DNA of 64,000 bases from a bacterium. GTDB taxonomy: Bacteria; Electryoneota; Electryoneia; Electryoneales; Electryoneaceae. A program made the position numbers and the translations under genes. Positions 10,981 through 19,208 of the stretch are shown here, in pieces. Every line of letters begins with the position of its first letter. Within the stretch, counting starts at the first letter, position 1. The stretch is taken from assembly GCA_963669175.1 (NCBI GenBank), contig OY769902.1:2112001-2176000 (forward strand), in the 5' to 3' direction. Below the pieces are notes generated by a model. That model saw nothing but the letters and a program-made list of their open reading frames with translations. It was not told the DNA's origin and ran no database searches.

Positions 10981-12639
10981 ATGAAGAGCAGAATTGTACA
11001 TTCAGTTTTGGCTACACTGCTGTTTTTTGCATTATCCCAGCAGTCGTGGGCGGGAATTACAGCCAGGATAGGTTACCTGGTTCCCAACTTTCAGGTTTTA
11101 CCAATTGGTGATATCATTGATCGTGAAGTGATTGATGAAAACACCGAAATTGGCCTGGAAGACATGAACGAGTTCTTTTTTGTGGAAATCAAGGCTACCG
11201 ATGATCTGCGTGATACACCTGTTGTAATTGAAATTGTTGAACAGCTTGGCGCAGAAACCCTGATTCGATTTGTGTCCAGTGCAGAGCACCCTTTCACCCT
11301 TGGGCAGTGGATGGATGGGACTAATAACGGTTACCTGGAAAATGACGAGTTCTATCTTCTCCAGGATTCTGACTGGTTTTTCACCGATTATACCCAAACC
11401 TATTATGCGGAGACATCGGATATAATAGGTTTGATCGAAGATGGAAACATGATTCGATCCTCCCTGGTGATCAGCCTGTTTGTTCATACACTTGATGGCA
11501 CACCGCTTGCCGCATATTCCCAGACTGTTGAAGTGTACAATCCCAGCCCGCCGCAGTTGATGTCGCCTGCAAATGCCGAGAGTATTCCGGATCTGCCGAT
11601 TCTGTTCTCATGGGAATGGAATGGCGGCGCCACAACAGCAGCAAACTGGATGTTCTACCTGGTGGAAGGCGAGCCCAACGCGGATGGCGCCACGGTGATC
11701 GAGGACAGGAACAGTCTGAATACCATTTTCGAAGGGTCGCCAACCTCAACATTGTCAAACTTTTATTCCCATATGAGCAATAGAGAACGACCGCTTGAGG
11801 TGGGACACACGTATTACTGGATGGTTGAAGTTGAAGTACCCTCAGCTCTGCCGGGCAATGAGCTGAAATATGCTTCGGACATTTCCTGGTTCCAGTTTGG
11901 TGAGACCGGTGGACGTCCGTTGATGCAACTTGTCTCGCCGATTGACGGCGCCAGTGTTTACAATCTGCCGATTATCTTTGAATGGAATTATGCGGGATTT
12001 CAAAGCCAGCGTCAAGACTGGGAAATCAGGATTGCCCGTTGTGCAGAAAATGAAGATCCTGAAGCTGCGCTCGAAAATCCGCGAAACCGTTTATACTCGG
12101 GACAGCCACATGCTGCCAGTTCCCATATGCTGAACCGTTCCAATTTCAACCCGGATGAACCGACACGGATTTGTTGGAGCGTGCGTGTTGAAGGTGATTT
12201 CGATGGGGGCTTCCTTGAGTCTGAGCCAGCTTGTTTTTACTATGCCGGCGAGCGTGGTCGTGGTGGTGGAGTGGCCCACGGCGGTGGCGGGCCGGGCCGT
12301 CGAGGTGGCGATGATGATGAGGGTGGCGAAGCTGGCGGAGCTGGTGAGGAACGTGTCGGTGGACAGTCGGAAGGAAGCCAGACCGGTTCTGAAACAGGAA
12401 GACGTGAACGAGCCGCGCAAGAGAATGGGCCGCGACAAATCGTGAACGACCCCGTATTTGATATCCTGTCCACAGTGTTGACATACGAACAGATCTCCAC
12501 TCTCATGATTGACCTCCGAGGTTACAATCATAAGGATATTGTTGTCGAGGGGATAGGCGGACAGACCATCAGCCAGTTGGTGTCCTACCTGCAACAAAAC
12601 AACATCAGCATTAAACAGGTCCGCATTGTCGCGGAATAA
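10981..12639 (+). CDS. Secreted hypothetical protein with two Ig/Fn3-like repeats and a Gly/Glu-rich linker
   Basis: GGAGG RBS; signal peptide; duplicated 'L.SP..G..v..LPI.F.W.w' module; low-complexity GGRGG/DDDEGG segment. Confidence 0.8.
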   Translation: MKSRIVHSVLATLLFFALSQQSWAGITARIGYLVPNFQVLPIGDIIDREVIDENTEIGLEDMNEFFFVEIKATDDLRDTPVVIEIVEQLGAETLIRFVSSAEHPFTLGQWMDGTNNGYLENDEFYLLQDSDWFFTDYTQTYYAETSDIIGLIEDGNMIRSSLVISLFVHTLDGTPLAAYSQTVEVYNPSPPQLMSPANAESIPDLPILFSWEWNGGATTAANWMFYLVEGEPNADGATVIEDRNSLNTIFEGSPTSTLSNFYSHMSNRERPLEVGHTYYWMVEVEVPSALPGNELKYASDISWFQFGETGGRPLMQLVSPIDGASVYNLPIIFEWNYAGFQSQRQDWEIRIARCAENEDPEAALENPRNRLYSGQPHAASSHMLNRSNFNPDEPTRICWSVRVEGDFDGGFLESEPACFYYAGERGRGGGVAHGGGGPGRRGGDDDEGGEAGGAGEERVGGQSEGSQTGSETGRRERAAQENGPRQIVNDPVFDILSTVLTYEQISTLMIDLRGYNHKDIVVEGIGGQTISQLVSYLQQNNISIKQVRIVAE

Positions 12640-12654
12640 CCATCGGAGGCAGAC

Positions 12655-13371
12655 ATGAGCAACGTAAAGAACATTTTCGCATGGACGCTTCTGGTTGGGA
12701 TAACCCTGATTCTTGGAGTGTCATTGGCGGACGATGAGAAGGAATCAATCGCAGTCACCATGTCCGTAAAAGGAACTGTTGAATTCAGAACCGTCCAGAC
12801 AGACTGGAAACCGTTGAAGTTCGGTGTCGTTTTCAAGGATGGCGACATTGTCCGTACCGGCCCGGATGGCTTCGCTTCGATTGTTTTTACTGATGATAAA
12901 ACAGAACTGAAGGTTCGCCCGAAGACAGAAATTACCTTGAATGCCGAGAGAAACGCCGACTTCAACCTGTCAAAGAAGATCGGGCAGACGGTCGGTGAGC
13001 TGTTCGTAAGCGCACGCCAACCGAAGGGGTATATCCAGGTGGAATCGCCTTTGGCTGTCGCTACTGTGAAAGGGACCGAGTTCGTTTCGCTGGTACGTTC
13101 TACCGGCGACACTCGGATTGTCACGCTTGAAGGTGTTGTTGAACTGAAGCGCAAAGACAACCAGCAGGTGATCGAGGTTGCTGCCGGAAGACGTGGCACC
13201 GCGTATTCCGATGGACGCCTGATTGAAGCTGAAAGTGATCCTGCGAATGTGCCAAACTTCCAGCAGGATTCCGGAACAGGCGGCGACATGGGCAAGTCCA
13301 TCGAGATCCTGTTCGAGAACGATGAAGGTGAGAAACGACGTGTGATTATTGAAGTGGAAGAAGAGGAATAG
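12655..13371 (+). CDS. Secreted FecR-domain protein
   Basis: GDIVRTGPDGFASIVFTD and SPLAVATVKGTEF...LEGVV FecR motifs; signal peptide; GGAGG RBS. Confidence 0.9.
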   Translation: MSNVKNIFAWTLLVGITLILGVSLADDEKESIAVTMSVKGTVEFRTVQTDWKPLKFGVVFKDGDIVRTGPDGFASIVFTDDKTELKVRPKTEITLNAERNADFNLSKKIGQTVGELFVSARQPKGYIQVESPLAVATVKGTEFVSLVRSTGDTRIVTLEGVVELKRKDNQQVIEVAAGRRGTAYSDGRLIEAESDPANVPNFQQDSGTGGDMGKSIEILFENDEGEKRRVIIEVEEEE

Positions 13372-13423
13372 GAATAACGCCTACACTATTTTTCGCGTTT
13401 ATTTATACGTGTTTTGCATTATC

Positions 13424-13445
13424 AACGGGCTTCGGCCCGTTTTTG
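13424..13445 (+). terminator. Intrinsic terminator
   Basis: AACGGGC-TTCG-GCCCGTT followed by TTTT (cUUCGg tetraloop). Confidence 0.9.
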
Positions 13446-13446
13446 A

Positions 13447-13523
13447 TTCACAGGATGCACATAATGATGAAGGATGATCAGGATGGGCACATATAGGCAA
13501 TTAGGAATTAGGAATTAGGAATT
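13447..13523. repeat. Short-period repeats: ~9-bp CAGGATGA-type array and (TTAGGAA)3 heptamer
   Basis: Read directly. Related CAGGAT arrays occur at 15127-15166 and 25632-25671. Confidence 0.75.
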
Positions 13524-13543
13524 GACTATCTGGAATTTAAGTA

Positions 13544-15057
13544 GTCGTCTCTGAAGAAATATGTAACGAGTTGGTAATAAAGGTATTTACAAGGAGAATG
13601 TGAGGTATTATATTGCAGGAAAAGTACGCGAAACCGTTCATTTTCCGGTGAATTATGCATCCGAAAAAGCAGCTTTCCGATGTGGACATATTCCGGAGTC
13701 GTCTCGATCAGATGATTGATATGCGACGTCCGTTGGTATTGCTTGCCGACCGCATGGATTGGTCGGCGTTCGAGTCAGAATTTGGCGCCTTGTACTTTGA
13801 AAAACGAGGTCGTCCGGGGCTTCCGATCCGTCTGCTGGTGGGCTTGAGCTACTTGTCCCGCATGTACAATCTCAGCGATGAGGCGGTGGTGGAAGCGTGG
13901 GTGGACAACCCGTACTGGCAGTATTTCTGCGGGTTTGACCATTTTCAGCACGAGTTTCCACTTCACCCGAGCAGCCTGGTTCGCTGGCGGAAACGGATTG
14001 GCGAAAAAGGCATGGAATTTCTTCTTCAACAGACGCTTCATTCTGCCCGTACGATGAAAGCCTTGACCATGGGTGATCTTTCCCGTGTGAATGTTGACAC
14101 GACCGTACAGGAGAAGGCGATCCGTTTTCCGACAGATGCCCGTCTCTATCACCGCATGCGTGAATGCCTTGTCAGGCTTGCGAAACGTGACGGTATTCAT
14201 CTTCGTCAAAGTTACGCACAGGTTGGTAAAAAGACCCTGTTGATGCAACATCGCTACGGTCATGCCCGCCAGATGAAACGCGCCGCGAAAGAGACGAAAC
14301 GCCTGAAGACCCAGTTGGGTTGTGTGTATCGGGACATTGGACGAAAGCTTCCGGACACCGCTTCCCAGGCCCTTCGTCGCTTGCTTGTCCTGGCGGAGCG
14401 TCTTCTTCAGCAGGCACGTACGGACAAGAACAAGCTGTACAGTGTGCATGAACCGGACGTGGAGTGCATCGCCAAGGGTAAAGTGCATAAGAAGTACGAG
14501 TTTGGTTGCAAAGCCGGTATTGTCACGACCAGTGCAGGCAACTGGGTGGTTGGCGCGTTGGCTTTTCACGGCAATCCCTATGACGGGCATACGCTGGCGC
14601 AGTCCCTGGAGCAGATGCAGCGTCTGACCGGAGTCGTGCCGTCCGCAACATACTGCGACAAAGGCTATCGTGGTCACAACTACACGGGTGAAAGCATGGT
14701 TCACGTTGTCAATTGGAAACGCAAAAAGCTGAGTCGTTCGGAAAAACGCTGGTTCAAACGACGAGCGGCCATCGAACCTGTGATCGGTCACCTGAAGGAT
14801 GATCACAGGCTAAACAGAAACCGGTTGAAGGGGAAAGACGGCGATCAGATTAACGTGATGCTGGCCGCGTGCGGCCTGAACCTGCGAAAACTGCTGCGGG
14901 TTCTTTTGTCTCTGTTTAAAAAGGGTAGAAAAGGGGCGGTGCCAGCGCAATCTCAACTGCAATTACTCCTTGAAGCGTTCATTATGCGCTATGCCAATCC
15001 ATTCCCGACTGAAAAAGGGATACCCGCTGTTTAAATATTGAATTTATCAGAATCGAC
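13544..15057 (+). mobile_element. IS5-family insertion sequence, apparently intact
   Basis: Imperfect TIRs GTCGTCTCTGAAGAAAT / (rc) GTCGATTCTGATAAATT; 6-bp direct repeat TAAGTA at 13538-13543 and 15058-15063; internal transposase gene. Confidence 0.92.
13655..15034 (+). CDS. IS5 family transposase
   Basis: DUF772-like N-terminus (NPYWQYFCG); DDE motifs VDTTVQEK, DKGYRG and RRAAIEPVIGHLK. Confidence 0.96.
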   Translation: MHPKKQLSDVDIFRSRLDQMIDMRRPLVLLADRMDWSAFESEFGALYFEKRGRPGLPIRLLVGLSYLSRMYNLSDEAVVEAWVDNPYWQYFCGFDHFQHEFPLHPSSLVRWRKRIGEKGMEFLLQQTLHSARTMKALTMGDLSRVNVDTTVQEKAIRFPTDARLYHRMRECLVRLAKRDGIHLRQSYAQVGKKTLLMQHRYGHARQMKRAAKETKRLKTQLGCVYRDIGRKLPDTASQALRRLLVLAERLLQQARTDKNKLYSVHEPDVECIAKGKVHKKYEFGCKAGIVTTSAGNWVVGALAFHGNPYDGHTLAQSLEQMQRLTGVVPSATYCDKGYRGHNYTGESMVHVVNWKRKKLSRSEKRWFKRRAAIEPVIGHLKDDHRLNRNRLKGKDGDQINVMLAACGLNLRKLLRVLLSLFKKGRKGAVPAQSQLQLLLEAFIMRYANPFPTEKGIPAV

Positions 15058-15206
15058 TAAGTACTGTCAATAGTATCTATTTTGAAGCAAAATCCATAAA
15101 ATAACTTTGGAACTTTCCAACTTATTTGCAGGATAAACAGGATGATCAAGGATGTAAAGGATAAAATGATACTTATAGTAGAAACTATTGTGCTGTATGA
15201 CTTGTT

Positions 15207-15785
15207 GTTTCTTTTTTCACCTTTTTCACTTACCACTTTTTCACTTTCTTCCTTCTTCCTTCTATGTCTTTCTTTTTCGAAAGCTGTGGACAATTTGCTT
15301 TTGTCTCAATGAACAACTATTTTAATTATGCCCAGCACACGGAGATACTATGAATCGAATGAACCGTTGGTATTTTTGTAAGCAGTATGTCGTTCAAGCG
15401 CTTAGGAACGCCCACACACAGCTCAGATGGCATTGCTTTCCCCGCCTTTTCTATCTGATGCCAGTCCCTCGTGTTGTCATTCTGTACCCAACTCAGGGAG
15501 GCTCTCGTGAGTATGCTGGATAGTACAAGATTCCCGACTTGCTCATCAGATGCAGCGCAGAGCGAAGCGCAGGGAACATCGCTGCCGCCTCAAGAGCGTC
15601 CGCCTTTACAACCTGCAAATCGGGCCATGCGATTTCTGATGCTTTTTTCACCTTTTTCACTTCCCACTTTTTTCACTCCATTATATCATCCCCGGCTTGA
15701 ACGGGGATCTCGAGGATCATTGCACCGGGTCACGCAGTTTGCCGTTTCTTTTTTCACCTTTTTCACTTTGCTTACTTTTTTCACT
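15207..15785. repeat. Three copies of a ~35-bp TTTTTCACY periodic element (15207-15245, 15642-15677, 15744-15785)
   Basis: GTTTCTTTTTTCACCTTTTTCACTT is identical at 15207 and 15744. Confidence 0.85.
15350..15523 (+). CDS. 57-aa upstream ORF (MNRMNRWYF...), possibly the detached N-terminus of the downstream gene
   Basis: GGAG RBS; start context and MNRMN...ALRNAHT resemble the MTRMN...VLRKAGHT start of the 19209 paralogue. Confidence 0.35.
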   Translation: MNRMNRWYFCKQYVVQALRNAHTQLRWHCFPRLFYLMPVPRVVILYPTQGGSREYAG

Positions 15786-18700
15786 TCGAGTTTAGCGGAG
15801 ACATTTGTTTCCGGCGAAGTCTCCGGCGTGTGGGATGTGGACGGTTCCCCTTACCTCGTCACCGACACCCTGACTGTTCCCGCTGGTGATACTCTTCTGG
15901 TCGAGCCTGGTGTCACCATCACCTTTCTGGATCAGACCGATAGCACACGAACGCCGGTGTATGTCTACGGTCGTCTGGACATTCAGGGGGTGGAAGGAGA
16001 TTCGGTCTTCATCAACTCCGAAGGGGCAGCATTCGAGGGAATCTTCTTACTTGGCGATTGGGTAAATCGTTACATCAATGTCAAGTATTGTGCAACTGAT
16101 TCTGCATATGACTTCCTTAATACTTCAGGATTAGGAACCGGGGTTACATTGTGCCACAGCCGAATTCACGCTCTAAGATTTTTTCTGGACTGTAGTTTGG
16201 ATATCGCGGATACAGTTGAGTACTGCACATTGATTGAAGCGCCCGGAGGATCTGCTTATGGAATTGTAAGAATACGCAACGGTGCTTTTCGACATAACCA
16301 GTGTGCTACCTCGCTGGTTGAAATCACCATTACATCCGAGGTATCAGTGCCTGTTGAATATAATGAGGTGTTTATTCTTGAATTTGATTTCTATTCTCAT
16401 ATTGATACACCTCTTGAAGTAAACAACAACACTATTAACGCCATCATTGATGGCGATGCTTTTTCTCCGGGAGCTGGAAATTATTATATCCATGATAACA
16501 TTATTTACAATGAACAATATGCAAGATCCATTTGTATCAGTAATGGAAACGATGCTGTCATAGAGCGAAATAATATTGGAAATATTGACTGCAGATACAT
16601 GGATGGCGATGTAGAAATCTTTAATAATACGATTACTGGGCTTCATGATTCTTATCTTGATTATGCTATTGAAATTCGTGAATGCAATGCTTCGATACAC
16701 GACAACCTGATCCGTATGGGTGGGACAGGAATAGGGTTGAGTGCTTCGCCAGGTTCCGATGTGTACAATAACACCATTCACTTTGACAATTATGGCATCC
16801 GTATGGTGAATACGACTCTTGGCGACATTGTGAACAATATCTTTCAGGGCGATGGGCAGGGGAATGGGATACAAAGTGTGAATGGTTCCCTGGCAGACGA
16901 GACAGCTTATAATTGTTTCTGGAATGTGACCGAAGCCATCTCCGGGTATGAGATGGACGAAACCAACCTGATTGCCGATCCCTTCCTTGCGGGCGGTGAT
17001 CCCTTTGACTACCACTTGCAGGCCAACAGCCCGTGCATTGACGTCGGTGATCCGGACAGCCCGGACGATCCCGACGGCACCCGTGCGGATATCGGATGCT
17101 ACTACTACGATCATACTATCGACAACCCACCGGTTCAGACCATCCCGGAAGAGGTTTTCGCCCAGACCGGACAACTGCTCCGTATTCAGATTATCGCAAT
17201 CGACGACAACGGCCCCTTCATCTTTACGTTACCTGACCTTCCGGACTGGCTGACCGAAGAGGACGAGCTGGATTGGGTCAGCGATACGACAGTCGTATCG
17301 GGAACCGTACCCGCAGATGCGGAGGATTTCAGCTTCACGGTGATCGTGGAGGATGGTGAAGGACAGACGGATACCTCCCTTGTCACCGTGGATGTGGATC
17401 AGCGCACGCTATTGAGTGGTGAAATCAGCGGTGTTTTGCATGTTGAGGACAGCCCTTTTTATGTGGTGCAGGACATTATCGTCCCCGAAGGAGACAGTCT
17501 GGTTATCGAACCGGGATGCGAACTCCAGTTCAGGTATGTGGAGGATGAAGAGCAGCGCCTGAGTTTATTATGTCAAGGAACGCTAATAGCTGAAGGAACA
17601 GAAGAAGATTCAATCAAGTTTACAATGAGCACTGAAGAGAGTGTTCTTCGTGGATGGAATCGAATACGTATTGATGGTGTAGATGCCTATGCATCTTTTC
17701 GATTTATTCTTGTACATAATGCTAGTTTCGGACTTCAAGTTGCTAATGAGGCTATAGCAAATATCATGCATTATTATTCGTCAACATCAAGAATATCAAT
17801 AGCGGGTGCACTAGCTTTAATTGATAGTAGTTATTTAACTACTTATGATAATTATGGGTATACTATGATAGAAATTACTAATAATGCGAATGCAAGTGTA
17901 ACAAATTGTCTATTAGAAGATTTGTCAATTCCACCCGTGTCGAAAGCATTCGCTATCGGTACAGGCAACATCTCTATAGAAAAAAACACCATAACTGGTA
18001 CTAGTGGTGCTACTGTTGAATGGAATGCAAGTCCTGTATTTGCTCAAAACATATTTTATAAATGTGGATTATATAGAACATTTGTAATAGCTAACTATGC
18101 GCGAATGAATGTGTTCAATAATTTGTTCATAGGAACCTACATAGATTCAACAATTGCAATACAAACAGCATCAATTACAGATACAATTGCCAACAATATG
18201 TTTAGTAATTTTCAACTCTGCATATACCTCCGCAACTGGGAGGACGATGATGAAACAAGCCCGGTAATCCGAAACAATGTTTTTATAAATAGTCATACCG
18301 GTATCCATTCAGACTTGTCACAGGATCGAACCTATCATACGGAATACAATACGTTCTGGGAGGTTGACACTCCGGTGATTGATTGCCCATTTGATCAAAC
18401 TAACCTGGTTGTTGATCCTCTCTTCGCTGATACCTCATACCATCTTTACGACAACTCACCCCTTATTGATGCCGGATATCCAGAAAACGACTGGTTTGAT
18501 ACAGACAGCACACGTAGTGATATCGGCCTTTGGGGAGGACCCTATGGCACATCCTATGAATACCCTGTTTGGGTAAGGGAGTCATGCGAAGAGTTACCCT
18601 CTGAGTTCAGGTTGAGTTCTCCCTATCCGAACCCATTCAATTCCGTACAGCATATCCAGGTAGCGTTGCCCTGCCGTTGCTCTCTGACATTGAGACTGTA

Positions 18701-18863
18701 CAATGTCCTGGGAAGACAGGTTTTTGCACGACATACACCGACGCTGGATGCCGGAAACCACATCGTGAGTTATTCCGCGAATCATCTTTCTTCCGGGGTG
18801 TATTTCCTGGAAGTGACCGCAGGAAAGGAGGTGCAGCGCGCACGAGTTCTGTTGTTGAAGTAG
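15507..18863 (+). CDS. Secreted right-handed parallel beta-helix repeat protein with Ig-like linker and C-terminal sorting domain (paralogue 1)
   Basis: ETFVSGEVSGVWD.DGSPY start of the mature protein; Asn-ladder repeats; two DP.F...YHL...SP.ID.G.P caps; PYPNPFN CTD. Start uncertain: GTG 15507 has a GGAGG RBS, the ORF track gives 15471. Confidence 0.88.
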   Translation: MSMLDSTRFPTCSSDAAQSEAQGTSLPPQERPPLQPANRAMRFLMLFSPFSLPTFFTPLYHPRLERGSRGSLHRVTQFAVSFFTFFTLLTFFTSSLAETFVSGEVSGVWDVDGSPYLVTDTLTVPAGDTLLVEPGVTITFLDQTDSTRTPVYVYGRLDIQGVEGDSVFINSEGAAFEGIFLLGDWVNRYINVKYCATDSAYDFLNTSGLGTGVTLCHSRIHALRFFLDCSLDIADTVEYCTLIEAPGGSAYGIVRIRNGAFRHNQCATSLVEITITSEVSVPVEYNEVFILEFDFYSHIDTPLEVNNNTINAIIDGDAFSPGAGNYYIHDNIIYNEQYARSICISNGNDAVIERNNIGNIDCRYMDGDVEIFNNTITGLHDSYLDYAIEIRECNASIHDNLIRMGGTGIGLSASPGSDVYNNTIHFDNYGIRMVNTTLGDIVNNIFQGDGQGNGIQSVNGSLADETAYNCFWNVTEAISGYEMDETNLIADPFLAGGDPFDYHLQANSPCIDVGDPDSPDDPDGTRADIGCYYYDHTIDNPPVQTIPEEVFAQTGQLLRIQIIAIDDNGPFIFTLPDLPDWLTEEDELDWVSDTTVVSGTVPADAEDFSFTVIVEDGEGQTDTSLVTVDVDQRTLLSGEISGVLHVEDSPFYVVQDIIVPEGDSLVIEPGCELQFRYVEDEEQRLSLLCQGTLIAEGTEEDSIKFTMSTEESVLRGWNRIRIDGVDAYASFRFILVHNASFGLQVANEAIANIMHYYSSTSRISIAGALALIDSSYLTTYDNYGYTMIEITNNANASVTNCLLEDLSIPPVSKAFAIGTGNISIEKNTITGTSGATVEWNASPVFAQNIFYKCGLYRTFVIANYARMNVFNNLFIGTYIDSTIAIQTASITDTIANNMFSNFQLCIYLRNWEDDDETSPVIRNNVFINSHTGIHSDLSQDRTYHTEYNTFWEVDTPVIDCPFDQTNLVVDPLFADTSYHLYDNSPLIDAGYPENDWFDTDSTRSDIGLWGGPYGTSYEYPVWVRESCEELPSEFRLSSPYPNPFNSVQHIQVALPCRCSLTLRLYNVLGRQVFARHTPTLDAGNHIVSYSANHLSSGVYFLEVTAGKEVQRARVLLLK

Positions 18864-18867
18864 GTAG

Positions 18868-18980
18868 GAAAAAACTAGAAAAAACTAAGGACAGAAAAAA
18901 CTAGGGACAGACGAAAAAACTAGGGACAGACGGTAGTTATTAGAAAAAACTAGAAAAACTAGGGACAGACGGTAGTTATT
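18868..18980. repeat. Stuttered array of GAAAAAACTAG(GGACAGACGGTAGTT)
   Basis: About six partial or complete copies directly after the stop codon of paralogue 1. Confidence 0.85.
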
Positions 18981-19208
18981 GGTACTTATAATTTGAAGCG
19001 AAAGACAACAACTTTTCAACATTTGTAATGTTACGATCAGGTCTCAGGTTTGTTAAGAATGATGAGAAGCCTGATCAGACTCGTTTCGGACTTTTTATTT
19101 TCCCCTTTGAGCCAGTTGTAAATATTTTTTTTTTTAAGAGATAGCTCCATATTGCATCCATTCTGTTTCAGTAGTATGTTTCTTTCATCGTAGCGCAAAG
19201 GAGTACCT

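Noticed and set aside
13775-14806. 343-aa antisense ORF in the IS5 transposase, and other long antisense ORFs (12585, 16344, 27329, 30877)
   Set aside because: Shadow frames of well-supported genes with no recognisable motifs.
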